A stretch of 64,000 nucleotides of DNA from Neocallimastix sp. 'constans' (lineage: Eukaryota): contig JBODTK010000125.1 of assembly GCA_050613775.1 (NCBI GenBank), forward strand, positions 186,001 through 250,000, read 5' to 3'. Of this stretch, positions 11,573-30,576 are shown piece after piece. The number at the start of each line of letters is the position of its first letter. Positions within the stretch are counted from its first letter, which is position 1. Made by a program: the position numbers and the translations under genes. The notes beneath the pieces were generated by a model that did not search any database, was not told where the DNA came from, and was given only the letters and a program-made list of their open reading frames with translations.

Positions 11573-13915
11573 TCATGATAAGAATTTTGATTTTTGGCTA
11601 ACTTTATTGAATAACTCAGCTTCTTTTGATTTAATGGCAACAACACTTGGAATTGAAAAAACTTTAAGAGCATCAGTTACACTTAAAGTTCCTTGAGCAG
11701 AATCTTTTCTACCAGTAAACGGAAGAACATCAGGTCCTCTAAATAATATAAATTTAATTTAATAATTAAAAAAAAAAAATTTGTATAAAAAAATAAATAT
11801 AATTTTTATTATATATACCTTTGACATTGAGAATTAATATTTACACGACCAACATTGAAAACAAAACAATCAACAGCCTTAGCAATTAAATCTGGATTTT
11901 CACCGAAAATTGCAGCTTGTTGTCCATAATGAGAACTCATAACAAATTCTTGAACCTCTGAAATTGATGACCACTTCATAACTGGAATAATTGGTCCGAA
12001 TTGTTCTTCTTGAACGACTCTCATGCATGATTTAGCATCTCTAATAACAATTGGTGATACAATAGATCTGTCAATAATACCACCTCTTTTTTTGTTACAA
12101 ATTGATCCACCATATTTTAAGGCATCTTCTACTAAGTCCTCAATGTATTTTGGTTTATTTTTTTCTGGTAATGGTGTAATTTTAACAGATTTTTCCCTTA
12201 TTATAAAATCATTATTATTATAAATTTGTATTATTTATTATTATTAATTTAATTTACTTATAATTATTATATTATTTATTATTTATTATTTATTATTTAT
12301 TATTTATTACCATGGCATGCCTAGTTTCAAATTGTCAACAGCATCAGAAAATTCTTTTATAAATTCTTCATATATATTTTCATGTACTAATAATACTTTT
12401 AATGCAGTACAACGCTGACCATTATAAGAAAGACATCCAGAAACTACTTCAGGAATAATTTTTTTAATATTAACATCTTCCAAAATAACACCAACATTAT
12501 TTGCTTCCAAACCCAAGCAAAGTTTAAGTGCGTTTGGCTTTGGATGATATTTAATAATAGCAGAAGCAGCTTTTGAAGTTCCAATAAAACCGAAAATATC
12601 AACAAGTCCTGTCTCCATAATTGGTTTTAATGTATTTGGTCCTTCACCAGTAACTAATAATTATATATATATATATATATATGTACATATTATACTACTT
12701 ATTATTAATTTTATTTTTTAATTATGAAAAAAAAATATATATATATTAATTTTTTAGTAATATTTAAATTAAGTATACCAATATTAATAACACCAGCTGG
12801 GAAAATGTCTTTAAATAATTGATACGTAAGATAATGACATACAACACCATAATTAGGCAATTTCATAACAGCTGTATTACCCATAATCAAAGCTGGAATC
12901 AAAGTAGTATATGTTTCTAAAAGATAAGATAAAATTTAAAATTAAAATATATATTAATTGAAATTCTAAATTCCAAAGTTATTTTCAAGTTTTAATTACC
13001 ATTAAATGGATAGTTAAACGGTGAAGAACATAAAATAACACCAATTGGTGAATCTTTAATAAATGCATTAACACCATTAACAGATCTTATATTTTTCTTT
13101 TTATATAATTCCTCAACAGCTTTAATAGTATCTTTAATATATTCTAAAAATAAATAATATTTTTATTATTAAATATTAGTTTAATTATTACATTAACTTT
13201 ATAATAAAATAATTACAAAATAATAATAATAAATATAAAAAGTACCAATAGTCCTAACAACTTCCTTTAAGGAATCATCCCAACTTTTACCAATTTCCCA
13301 CATAATTGATTTTGCAATTTCATTTTTATTGTTTTGTAAACCTTCTAAGAATTTATTCATAACATTAATTCTTTCGTATGGTGTCATACTTGGCCATTCT
13401 AATTATTTTTAATTATATATTTTTTTTAAATTATTATACAAATACAATATTAATAAATATTATACATATTAATATATTAGGGAATAAAATATTAATAAAT
13501 TAAAAATATATATATAATTAAATTATCAATATATATTACTTCCTTTGCCATTATTAAATGCTTTTTTAGCAGCATGAATGGCTTTTATTGAATCTTCTGG
13601 AGTCATATTTGGATATGAACCAATTAAAACTCTCTCTTCAGTTCCTTGATAATAAATTGGAGAATAAACATTAATAAACTTTCCTTTGTATGTTTTAAGA
13701 GTTCCATCTAATAATACGTTTTTCATATTAATAAGTGGACGATTTTTATCTTCCTCTGAATTTTTTTTTATAAATAAATTATCATATTTAAAATTTTCAT
13801 TAAATTGATGTTTTAAACATTTTTGAAAATATAAATTCACTGGTGCTTTGTTTAATAAATTAAAATTATTAACAATATTATTTTTCAATAAAGAATTAGT
13901 TGGAATTTTTAACAT
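11573..13915 (-). CDS. gapN: Aldehyde dehydrogenase superfamily, non-phosphorylating NADP-dependent glyceraldehyde-3-phosphate dehydrogenase (GAPN-like), ~7 exons
   Basis: Spliced ORF with WEIGK, PFNYPLNE, PALIMGN, FIGTS, LGLEANN, catalytic [15 protein letters not shown] and [30 protein letters not shown] introns join the ORF-track fragments; stop at 11573-11575. Confidence 0.85.
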
Positions 13916-15067
13916 TTTCTCTTTAAAAATTATTTTATTAAAATTTTTTATTTTTAACTTTTTTAAAAGAATAAAAAAAAATCTTTAAATTTTTAATCTT
14001 TTAATTTTCGTTTTTAATTTTATTTTCGTATTTTAATATATATATTATTAATATTTTTTTCATTTAAATATATTAATTTTAATATAAAGAATACAAAAAT
14101 AAAAAACTTTTATTATAATTAATTAAAAAGATGTTTATTAGAAAAATGGATGATATATATATTTATCTACAATTTAGAATATATTAATTATTTATTATAT
14201 ATATGATTGGAAAGTTTATTAAAGGTTTCGTACGTAAAATTGTATATTAATATGTATTAATAATAAAATATAATTTAATATTAAAAAATGAACTAAAAAA
14301 TTATTAAATATGATAATTTATTTTTAATAAATTGTATTATTAAATATAAAATTAAAAATATTTTTATAAAATATAAAATATGAAATATAAAATATTAATT
14401 ATAAAATATAAAATATTAATTATAAAATATAAAATATAAAATTAAAAATATTAATTATTAAATATAAAATATAAAATATAAAATATAAAATATAAAATAT
14501 AAATAAATATAAAATATATAACCAAAAAAATACAAAAAAGAATAATAATAATAATAATAAATAATAGTAGTAAGTATTAAATATACAATATAAAAAAATA
14601 AAAAGTATAATTAAAAATTTTAAATTATAAAATATAAATTATAAATTAAAACTATAAATATAAAATATAAAAGTATAAATTTCAAATTTTAAAATATAAA
14701 TTATAAATTAAAACTATAAATATAAAATATAAAAGTATAAATTTTAAAATATAAAATATATATATATATATATATATTTATTACGTTTTATCAGGATTAT
14801 ACATATTAACTTTTATTAAGCAAATATATACAGTTTATTAGAACAACTAAAAAATAATTTGATTTTATAAAGGGTAATGAAAGTCTTAAAGCAATGTTAT
14901 TATTTTTCATAAAAAAAAATAATAAAAATAAAATAAAATTTTAATATTATCATTATTATTTTTTTATGTTATATAATTTAATATGGAAGTAATGAAAAAT
15001 TGGATAAATGTTTCATTTTTAATATATATTTATAATTGATACAATATTTTATATACTTTTTTTTACC

Positions 15068-15127
<60 letters not shown>

Positions 15128-15204
15128 ATTCTACACAACGAAAAATTTTATCAATTAAAATGAAAATAAAATAATTAAATAAAGGATAAGGATATTTTAA
15201 TTGA

Positions 15205-15241
<37 letters not shown>

Positions 15242-15554
15242 ATTATTGTTGTTATTATAAAAAAATATTAATTATTATTATTATTATATATATATATAAT
15301 TTAAAGATATATATTAATCATTTAAGAATCATTTGCAATTATATACACTATTTATGTTTAATAAAAAAAAATAAAATTTAATAAATCAGTACTAAGAAAA
15401 AAATAAAATAGTAATAAATAAGGGAAAAGAAAAAGAAAAGGAAAAAATATCATCAAAAATATACAGTATATAAAAATATGAAGACCATTATACTATTTAT
15501 TTATTTATTTATTTTATTATATTAAATCAAATTCCTATATATTTACAAAAGAAA

Positions 15555-19167
<3,613 letters not shown>

Positions 19168-22100
19168 ATAAATAAATAAATAAATAAATAAATATTTCTG
19201 TTATTTTAATATACTTTAATTTTCGTTTATGTAATTTTTTTATGGTTTCAATTTTTTTTTTTCTTTTTATTACTATTTTTCTTTTTCTTTTATACATATA
19301 TTACCATATATAACTAAAAAAAAAATTAAATTAAAAATATAAATATATATATTTATATTTATATATAATTAATTAAATAATAAATATTAAAAAAAAAATA
19401 ATAATAATATAATAGTAATAAATATAATATTATTATTATTAAATATTAAATTATATAATGGTAAAAAAATTTTTTTTTATTATCCAGGATTAAATAATTA
19501 AATGATTACAATAAAGATTTAAAACTAATTAAAAAAATAAAATAATTATATTTTATATTTTACTATTTCTGAATTCATTATTAATTATTACTAACAATAT
19601 TGTAGAATAAAAAAAAAAATGATGAAAAAAAATAAATATAAATAATTATATTTATTTTTTTTCATCTTTTTTTTTTTTTTTTTTTCTTTTTTTTTTTTTT
19701 TTATTTTTACTAATTCTATAAAATGGAAATAAAAAGATTATTGAATTAATATATATATATACAAATATATATATTAAAAATTTTAAATATTACTATACTT
19801 AAAAAAATGAATAATGATTAAAATTTTATTTAAAATATATTTTTTTTTTATAATTAAGATAATAATGTCATATAATGATATTGATAATTAGTAATGCTTT
19901 AAATTTTACATTTATAAGGAATTACTATTAATAATTAATAAAAATAAACAATAATTCATATAAAAATAATTATACATTAGTATTATTGATTAGGTTCAAT
20001 AATTCATAGACTTTGTTTATACAACATCATCCTTTTCATTGTGTTGATAATTTTCATATTACTGATAAGTTACTATGATCTCTTTCCTTATATTCATGCA
20101 AAAAATAAAGATAGTATTAATTTAAAACAAATTTATTATATTATATATATAAATATTTATTATATAATTATTCTATTAACAATAACTATTAAAATGGACT
20201 ATACTTAATCTTTTCTTATTAAAATTATAATTTATGATTATTTATTTATTTATTATTTATATATATGCATAATTATTAAATAATTTTAAAAAATTAAAAA
20301 TAATTAAAATGTGAATAAGATATATATATATATATAATTCATGACCAAATACCAAAACCTGTTATCAAAAAAAAAAAAAAAAAAAAAAAATTAAAAATAA
20401 ATTAAATTAAAATAAAATAAAATAAATCTTTTTTTTTTTTTTTTTAAGAAAAAAAAATATAAAGATATAATTCATGAAATCTGTTGGTATAAATGATATT
20501 CACTATATATTAATTATAAATTAAAGTTCGAATAATTTAACAAAAAGTTTAATTGATTGAAAATGAATTTTTGATAGTTCAACACCTTTTAAAATTTTAT
20601 TTTGTTTTTTGGTCAAAGTTATTATTACTTTTTTTTATATTATAAATTAAATAAATAATCCACACAAATATTAATATTATTTTTTTTATATTATAAATTA
20701 AATAAATAATCCACACAAATATTAATATTATTTTTTTTACATTATAAATTAAATAAGTAATCTACACAAATATTAATATTATTTTTTTTTATTTTATAAT
20801 TGAAAAAAAAAAATAATAAAAATAATAGAAACACAATAACAAAAAAAAAAATATATATATATTAATAATTTATTTATAATAAATAACTTTATTTATATTT
20901 AAAATTATTTATATTATATAAAATTTTTAATACTCACAAAAAATTAAATAAAATTTATTATTAAAAAAAAAAAAAAAAAATACATTTAAGGTTAAGCAAA
21001 TTAAAGATAAAAAGGTAGCCTTAAAAAAAAAAAAAAAAATTGGGAATAATTCATATGATATGATTTTCTCAGAAACTACTTTAAGTGAAAATTTTTTTCT
21101 TATTTTTTTTTAAAAAAATATAAAAATATCGTACATGTAATTATTATAAAATCTTTTATATATATTACATTATTTATTATAAAACATAAAGATATAATGA
21201 AATGTGTATAATAAATTATATTTAAATATATATATATATATATTAAAATATAAATGCAAAAAAAGTATACCAAATGATTTAATTAACTAATTTAAAATTC
21301 AATTTTTATAATAAAATATTTAATATTAAAAAAAAAATAATAATAAAATATAATAAAATATAGTAAAAAGTAAAAAATAATAAAATTTTTACAATTTACT
21401 GTATTATTAAATAAGATTTATTATAATAACTTTTAAATGGTATAATAGTATAAATTATTGTAATTCAAAAAGTATTAATATATAATTTAAAACTTCAATA
21501 AGTATAATAAAAAGATTGAAATAGTGAAAAATTAATTATTGTATTGTTATTAAAAAAAAAAATTTTTTTTTCTTTATAGTATATGTATATTTAATAATTT
21601 CTTATTTTTTATTTTTAAAATAGAAATATATTATTAAAAAGGAATAACAGAAATTAATGCGTTTTAAAAATTTCTAACTTTTGTATTACTCATCGAATAA
21701 CTTAACCCAAAGGTAACTGTAAACTGAAGTAACAAGTTTAATTTAGTATAATAAATTATATTTATATATAATTATAATAATTATGATTTATGTATAATAA
21801 TAATAATAATTAATATTTATATATAATGATAAAGATAATAATTTAAAAAAATTATGACTTGAGTTATTTCAAATATATGATAGAGATAATAATTTTGAAA
21901 AATTATTTATTTCTTTAGATGAGGAAGATGATGATGACGATGACGATGACATTTTTCTGACTATTGATGAAGAAGACTTGACATTGTTATGTATGAAGAT
22001 TATTTTGGACATAATCCTATTAATAATGATTAATTTTATAATAAAAATAATACAATACTATTTATGAAAAGAAATTTAGGAAAAGAAAATTCAATAATAA

Positions 22101-22810
22101 TAATAATAATAATATTTCAATAATAAAATTAATATAAAAATAAAAACAATTCATTATTATTATTATTATTCTCCAGAAATAAAAGGTGAAAACCTCCATT
22201 AGTATATACAAAAAAGTAATGATGTAACTTCTAAAACTCAGCAATTCAATTCATTTAATTTAAATGAAAATATTTAACAATGATACCAATAATATAATTA
22301 GAAATAATGAACAATTAAAAAATATAATAGAAAAATATTAGAAATGTTCTTATAAAGCCAAATAAACAAAGTAAAAAAAAAAAAAAAAAATAAAAAAATA
22401 AAATAAAAGATAATTATTTTATTACTAATAATTTTGAGTATAAATCAAACTCTAAAGGTTAAGTATCATTTACTATTTTTTAATATTTTTATAACTAAAT
22501 ATTAATAACAATCAATGTATTATATTAATAAAAAAAAATTGTTTTTTATTATATTATTATATTATTACAGATATCGAAGAAGATGAAGTAGTAGACAATT
22601 TATAATTAATAAATAATAATGATTAAAAAAAAAAAGAAAGAAAAGCAAAAACTCCCCATAATGATATATTTTCCATATTGATTTATCCATTATTTTTAAA
22701 ATTTATTTATTTATATCATAATATGTTTAAAGTGAAAAGTTTAACTGAATTTATTTATTCACTTATATTTTTACTTTTAAATTATAAAAAAATAATAATA
22801 ATAATAATAA

Positions 22811-22858
<48 letters not shown>

Positions 22859-23164
22859 ATAAATAAAATATATATTACAAAATCAAAAATAAATAATTAC
22901 ACAAACATCATTAAATAATACTATATTATTATAATTTTACAAAAAAAATTTTTTTTTTTATTATTTTTATTTTTTTAATATAAAAAAACTTTATATATAT
23001 TTGTAAATCTTTTGTAATCTAATTAATAATAATAATAATTCTTTTAAAACAATAATAGCTTTTAAATTAAATTATTTTATTAAGTGATTTAAGTTTGTCA
23101 TTTTCTTCTATTATTATAATTATTATTATTGCTCTTATTTTTATATATATTAATTGTTTATTTT

Positions 23165-25820
23165 TTAGGCAAGTGAGATAGAAGTTATATCTGGGAAAGC
23201 ATTAGATGCACTTAATACAACTACACGTTTTTCATGTGAGATATATCCACGAATATAACCCTAAATTAAATTCATAAAATAAATATATTGGATAAAATAT
23301 ATTAATATAGTTAAAAATTATGATAAATTGAATAAATAAATAAAATAAATAATTAAATAATTAAATAAATAAAAAAGGGAAAAAAAAAAAATTCTTTATC
23401 ATAAAGTAATAATAAATATAGTATATAATTATATTTTAATATAATTCATTTTAATTTAATTGAATTTTTATTATTTATAAAAAAAAAAATAAATAAATAA
23501 ATAATCATATATATTTATGTATTATTTTTATTTTTATTTTTATTTTTTTTTTTTTTTACCTTTTCAATCATAACAGCAAGTAAGCATTCTACTTCATCAT
23601 TGTCTAGATTCATAGCTACAAAATTTAGTGCATGTCTAAAAGAATCTACATCCATACGAGTTGGCATTCCTTCTATAATATATACTTTTTTAAATAATCT
23701 TCTCATACATAATAATTTACATTTTTCAATGGTTAAATAAGTATTATGTCTAATTAATACTTTTTCTTGTTTCCTTAAACAATGTTCAAATTCTTTAACA
23801 TTCCCTGAATGAATAGCGTTAATCATTCCACTATAAGTTTCACTTATAGAGCTATGATAATTTAATAAATTTTTGGATGGGAGTACTCCTGATAAAAGTC
23901 GAATTGGTATTAATAAATGAAGAATAATTCTATACAATAGTAAAATTACATATATATAAATTATTTTATTAAATTTTTTTTTTATTTTATTATATGAATA
24001 TTTATAAAGTGGGTGTATTTGTGTATTTGTATATATACATATATATATATATGTATATGAAATGAATATTTTTATTAAAAATAAATCATAAATAAAGTAA
24101 AAAAATATATATATATTATATAAACAGAATAAAAAATGTATATAAATAATAATAAAATATGTATAAAATTATAAAATTTATGAATAATATAATCAAATAA
24201 TCAGAATTGATAAATATTATATATATTATATATAAATATATAGAGATATAGAAGGATAGAAGGATTAATTACAATTCATTTTTTATTGATTTTCCCCTTA
24301 TATATCTAAATGCTTTAAGTAAATGATTTCCGGCCTATTAATTTTTTTTATTATATAAAGAAATTTATTTAATTTATTAATAATAAATAATACTAATTTT
24401 ATTCAAATATTTATATATAATTACTCTAAATGATCATAAAAAAAAAAGTATATATATATATATATATAATGCTTTATTATTATTTATTTATTTATTTACT
24501 TACTTCATGGTATTGTTCATCTAAAAAGTTTAATAATCCGCAATAATAATGAAAAGTTGCCTGTTGAGCAACTGGAAAATTTTCTAATTCTGGCATATCA
24601 CCAACTTTTATGGCTCTTAAAATATTTTTACATAAATTGGTGGATTTTAACTTTATATATATAATTTTTTTTTTTTTTTTTTTGTTATATATAGTTATAT
24701 ATGAATTAATTATAAGATAAACAAGTTGTAAATTAACAATGTATAAAAGCAATGATGATAATTATGTAGGAGATTTTTTATATAAAAATATAAAAATTAT
24801 ATTTAAATTGTTAAAATTAATAATTACTTTAAAGTATGTTCTGAATAATAAATTTGCTATATAATAAGTTCCCCATTTTCTTGAATTAGTCATTGGTGTT
24901 CGTCTATTTTTATTAAATTTTATAAATTTTTTAATATGATTAAAAATTGATGAAATAAATAAAAAATAATATATATATATAAATTTTATCCCTTTTATTA
25001 TTAATATTTTGAAATGGTTTATTTATTTTTTTTTTTTTCTATTTCTAAATTTTATTATTATATTTTACCTATCTGTTATACATTGAGTAAATGCTTTATT
25101 TATTGCTCTTGCTGTATCTTCTAATTTTGTAGCTTTTTCATTTTTTTCTGCTAATTCTTTATCAGCTAAGGCAGATAAATAATATAAATCTGAATGAATA
25201 ATATAATGTAATGGTAAAGCCCAACGATCAAGATCTGAAAATATTCTATGAAAATTTCTTTTTTTTTTTTTTTTTTTTTTTTATTATTATTTTTAAATAT
25301 TTTAAATGAAATTAAATTTTAATAATTACTTTTAATTATTTTTTAATTATTTAAATATAAAAGTTTTTTTTTATAATTTATATTAGAGAATTTCAGTTTA
25401 AAAAATATATCCTATACATTTGACTTTATTAAGAATATATTTTTTATATTATTGTAGTATATATTTAAAATATTTACTGAGCACAATTACACTGTTCCGT
25501 AGCTGCATCGATTACGTTTCCATTTTGATATAAGTATAACGCTCTTAAATGGTAATAAACTGTCTCATTCCAATTCAATGGTAAATTACTCATACAAAGG
25601 TCTTTTGCATGTTTAGGCTTTTATATATCATTAATATATTAATTTTATAGTAATAATAATAATAATAAAATATATATATTAATATTAAATTAGTAACTTT
25701 AAATTAAAATTTACATTTTAAATAAAAAAAAAAATATCAAAAGTTATAAGAATTATTTATTTGTTATATATTATAGAATTTCTGAATAATATTAATAAAA
25801 TTCAATATATATATATATAT

Positions 25821-25859
<39 letters not shown>

Positions 25860-26154
25860 AAAGATTATTATTTATTTTTCTTTTTATATATATATATATA
25901 TATATTTTAAATTTGATTTTGGAATAAAAACATTACTGAATAATTAATGAAATCCAATATTATTTTAATTTATTATTTTTATAATTATTATTTTATTATT
26001 ATTTTAAGACATTTACATCTGATATCTGATTCATAAGTTGTGAGGAATGAATATTTTTAACATTTAACATAGAAGATAATTCATATCCATCTTTCCTATT
26101 AATACATTCAACAATTTTTTTTAAAAAGGGAACTAATCTTAAATTTTTTTTCAT
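23165..26154 (-). CDS. CSN12: PCI-domain protein CSN12/PCID2 family, multi-exon
   Basis: Exons read MKKNLRLVPFLKK..., WALPLHY, LEDTARAINKAFTQCITD/RR, SRKWGTYYIANLLFRTYFK/LKSTNLCKNILRAI, YRIILHLLIPIRLLSGVLPS, EVECLLAVMIEK/GYIRGYISHEKRVVVLS..AFP. Stop at 23165-23167. Confidence 0.88.
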
Positions 26155-26571
26155 TTTATTATATTATATTATTGTATTTAAAAAGTATGAAAAAAATAAA
26201 AATATTAGGGAAAAAAGAATTACAAAAAAAAAAAAAAAAATTTTTTTTGTGTGTCATAATTATTATATAAAAAAAAATTAAAAATATCTTATTAAAATTT
26301 AAATTATTTTTTATATACCTAATAAATATGAATCATACCTATTAAAAAAAAAAAAAATTAAAATTTAATAAAGAAATGTAATTTTTGCTTTAAATTTTTT
26401 TTTTTTTTTTTTTTTTTTTAATTTTTAAATGTTGAGTTTTTTCATTTTATGTTTATTTAATTATTGACTATTTCAAAAAAATGAAAGATTAAAAGTAAAA
26501 ATATCATAAAGAAAATTATTATATATTTAATTAATGGTTTAAAACAACATTAAAATTTAGGATTTCATATT

Positions 26572-26606
<35 letters not shown>

Positions 26607-27069
26607 ATTTAATTTTATAAAATTAAATAAATTTTTTTTTTTTTTTTTTTTTATATATATATTATTATATATTAATTAAGATGAATGTAGGTTAATGTAT
26701 ATATAAATTATTATTTACTTCTCTTTATTTAATTATAGGTAAATAGATAATGATAATGTTGAGACTTGCTGAAATAAAAAATTTGGAAAATATTTCCAAC
26801 TAATTTTATCAAAATATTTTTCTACAATTAATTAATATATATATATATATTATTTTTATTTTTTGTCAATTTATTTTATATATTTATTCATTTATTCTTT
26901 TCATTCTATTTAATTTTATATTAAAGATGATTTTTTTATATTCTATTATAATATTTAATCATTATAGTAATTAAAGGAATGGAGCTTTTAATTTAAAAAT
27001 TTAATTTATAATAATAATAATATTAATAATAATAATAATTGTTATTATTATTATTGATTTTACAACTTT

Positions 27070-29078
27070 TAAATACCATTAACGATTGCCTGTGAATATG
27101 AGAATGAAGACATAGTAAAATATTTAATTGAGATTGGAGGTATAAATATGAATGACAAAAAATCAAAATGGCACTATTCCATTGTATGAAGTCTGTAAAA
27201 AGGGAAATGAAAATATTGTTAGATATTTAGTTAAACATAGTATTAGCTTTATCATCAAATTATTGAATTAATAATTCATTATTTAATGGTTAAAATGGAC
27301 AAAGTTATGATATTTTTTATCCTTTAATTGAAGCTTCTAAAAATGAATCTATTATAAAAAGTTTTTAATAAATCAAGGTGCTAATGTTAATGTAAAGGAT
27401 TCCATTCTAATACAGCAGGCAAAAGAGGAAATAAACATTTAGTAAAATATTTAGCTAAGCATGGAGCAAATTTTTATAAACTATATTCAACTGAGATTTA
27501 TGATAATGGTTATATTGAAAAACATGAATATGAGAATATAGTGAAATATTTAATTGATATCGGTGCTGATGTCAATCAGGATGGATATTATGGAAATACT
27601 CCTTTAACAATATCTACTTATTATGGTTAAGAAAATATTGTAAAATATTTAATTGATCATTAGTCAACAAATTACCATCATAAGAGACGGACACTATTTT
27701 CTTGTGCGATTTATAATGAAAATATAACATTAAAAAAAATATTTACTAGAACAAGGAGTTAATATAATAACACAACAACTTAATAATAATTATATGATTC
27801 TTTTAATATTCTTATGTCGTAAAGATTCTTACGAGGACGTAGAAACATTCAGTAATGAAAATATAGAAATGATTAAACTTTTAATTAATCAAGGAGTTGA
27901 TATTAATTAAGTTGTATTTATTAATAAGGCAGACGCTGATGGTAATGCACTTTTAATTATTGCTTTTTAAAAAAAAAAAAAAAAAAATGAAATGTTAGTA
28001 AAATGTTTAATTGAAAATGGAGCAGATGTTGATAAAATTGGATATAGCAGATGTTCATCTTTAACTATTGCTTGTTCTGTAAAATCCTGTTAATCAACAT
28101 TTAATTAAACATTGAACTAATATTAATAGAATTTATAATAAAAATCAGGTTAAAAAGAGAAAAGATATTATCAATATAAATATTATCATTCTGATTATTC
28201 AATTATTCCTTTAGTTAATGCTATTAATAAAAATAATGAAACTATAGTTGAATATTTAATAGAACATAGTGCTGATGTTAATAAGATAGATCCTATAACC
28301 AATAATTTCGGTTGTTATAATCCTTTAATAGGAGTTCATTACAGTAGAAATGATGACATAATTGAATATTTAATAGAGAATGATACTGATATCAGTCAAA
28401 CTAACAGCAGTGGTGAAACTCCATTGAATGTGGCCATTAAAAAAAAAATATAAACCTAATGTATTTAGATTATTAGTTGAGTATGGGGAAATGCAAAATA
28501 AAAATGCACCATTAATTCAGATATGTTATTATGAAGATTATTATTTAGATAAAATATCTTATTTTAATTGAACATAGAGCAGATATAAATATTAATAATG
28601 AAAAAGATATCTCTCCTTTAATTAAGACATGTATGGTAGCAAATGAAAATATAGTAGAATTTTTGATAGAACATAATGACAATTTAAATTGTACAGATAA
28701 ATTAAGAAATACTCCCTTTAATTGTAGCATACTATAATAATAGTTATGAAAAATATATATATATTTTAATTTCTCTATTGGAACATGATGTTGATATTTA
28801 TTCAATTAGTAAAATTGAAAAAATGGCTGAATTAGCTATGGCGTATAATGATGAGGATGAAAATTTAGTAAATTTTTTATTTATAAAGTTGATACTAATA
28901 TTGAAGATGATAAATATCAATATTATCAATATCATAAAATGAACTATGAAGAATTTTATAATGAGTATGGATAAGAAATTGTTAAAGATGAAAAATAATT
29001 TAGTATTATTATTATTTGCAGAATTTAGAAATCAAAATATTATCTACCATTTATTTGACTAAGGTGCAAAAATTAGTG

Positions 29079-29160
<82 letters not shown>

Positions 29161-29890
29161 GACAAAGAAAAAAAAAAAATAAGAAAATACTAATATATAT
29201 GAAACACTTCTAATTAATGCATATGAATACGAAAATATTAACATTATCAATTATGATTGAAAAGGAAGCAGATATAAATATTAAAAATAGAAAGAACTAT
29301 CCTTTGATGATCATTATTAAAAATAATTATTAAAAAAATTATATGACATTTTAATTAAGCATGGTAGTATTATCCATGATAATAATTCTACCAATTTGTT
29401 ACTAATTCCTATTGACATAATAATAATGAAAAAATATTAAAATATTTCATTGAAGATAATGTTAATACTGATGGTACTGGAGGTAAATATTTAATATTCG
29501 TTAGTTTGTGCACTTACAAACATAATAATATAAAGATTATGAATATATTAATGGAACATAGAGTATAATTAAAACAATGAGAAAGTGAACTTTAAGAAAA
29601 GTATATAAAATTGAGAATTTGAAGCATATTAAAATTTTTAATTTATCATGAAACTAATATCAATTCAGGGAATCCCACTCCATTGAAGGTAAGCTTGTAG
29701 AAATAGATACTTCTATAGTAAAATCTTTATTAAAAAATGGTACAGATATCAACTGTAATGACATGGAAGTACCTTTAATCGAAACTATTAATGAAGAATC
29801 TGAAGAAATTATTAAATATATCACTGAACATGGAGATGATCCAAACAAAAAGGATAAATTTGGTACAACTACTCTATAGACGGCCAGTGT
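27070..29890 (+). pseudogene. Ankyrin-repeat protein pseudogene
   Basis: Many ankyrin motifs (PLTIACEYENEDIVKYLIEIG; GADVNQDGYYGNTPL; VKCLIENGADVDK; GETPLNVA) with abundant stops and frameshifts. Interrupted by an (AAT)n tract at ~29080-29160. Confidence 0.85.
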
Positions 29891-29998
29891 TAAAAATATT
29901 TTTTATTATTAACAATTTTATTTATTAATCATATATTAATTTTTTCATATATTTATTAAAATATTATGAAAAAATTACATATAATATAAATTTTAGAA

Positions 29999-30356
29999 GA
30001 GTGTAGCATTTCCGAACGTGGCTTTATATATAATATGGCATGATTTAATTGATTGATTTAATTGATTGTTCATAAGGGAGTGGCTTAAATTAAATTTTTT
30101 TTTAATTTTACTTATTTTTATTTATTTAATTCAATTTTTTATTATTTATTTTATTTATTTTTATTTATTTTATTCAGTATTTTAATGTGACTGTTATAAA
30201 TTTTTTTGTTGTTTAAAAAAAAATTAACCCTTTATATTTATTTCTAATTTTTATTTATTTATTTATTTACAATTATCAAAAAAAAATAAAAAAGTGAGGC
30301 GTTAAATTATGTATTAATTTTATTTTATAAGCCACGTTCCGAAACGCAATACATTC
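29999..30356. mobile_element. Non-autonomous DNA transposon (MITE), possibly Mutator-like
   Basis: Imperfect ~27-bp TIRs GAGTGTAGCATTTCCGAACGTGGCTT and AAGCCACGTTCCGAAACGCAATACATTC. Flanks AAATTTTAGAA and AAATTTTAAA resemble a 9-10 bp TSD. Confidence 0.65.
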
Positions 30357-30541
30357 AAATTTTAAACTATTACTATAAAATCTAACCATTTTAATTAATA
30401 AAATATTTTTATTTATTTTGATTTTGATTTTGATTTTTTTTTTTTTACATCCATAATTTTCTTATATAATAAAATAAAAAACAAAATATATTAATGTACA
30501 AATGCTTAAATCAATTAAAAGCAAATAAAACAAATATTTAC

Positions 30542-30576
<35 letters not shown>

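Noticed and set aside
21650..22545. SEM1/DSS1 gene between THP3 and CSN12 (acidic DEEDDDDDDDD segment)
   Set aside because: Lacks the EEDDEFEEF and WEDNWDD motifs and has stops; at most a decayed unrelated gene.
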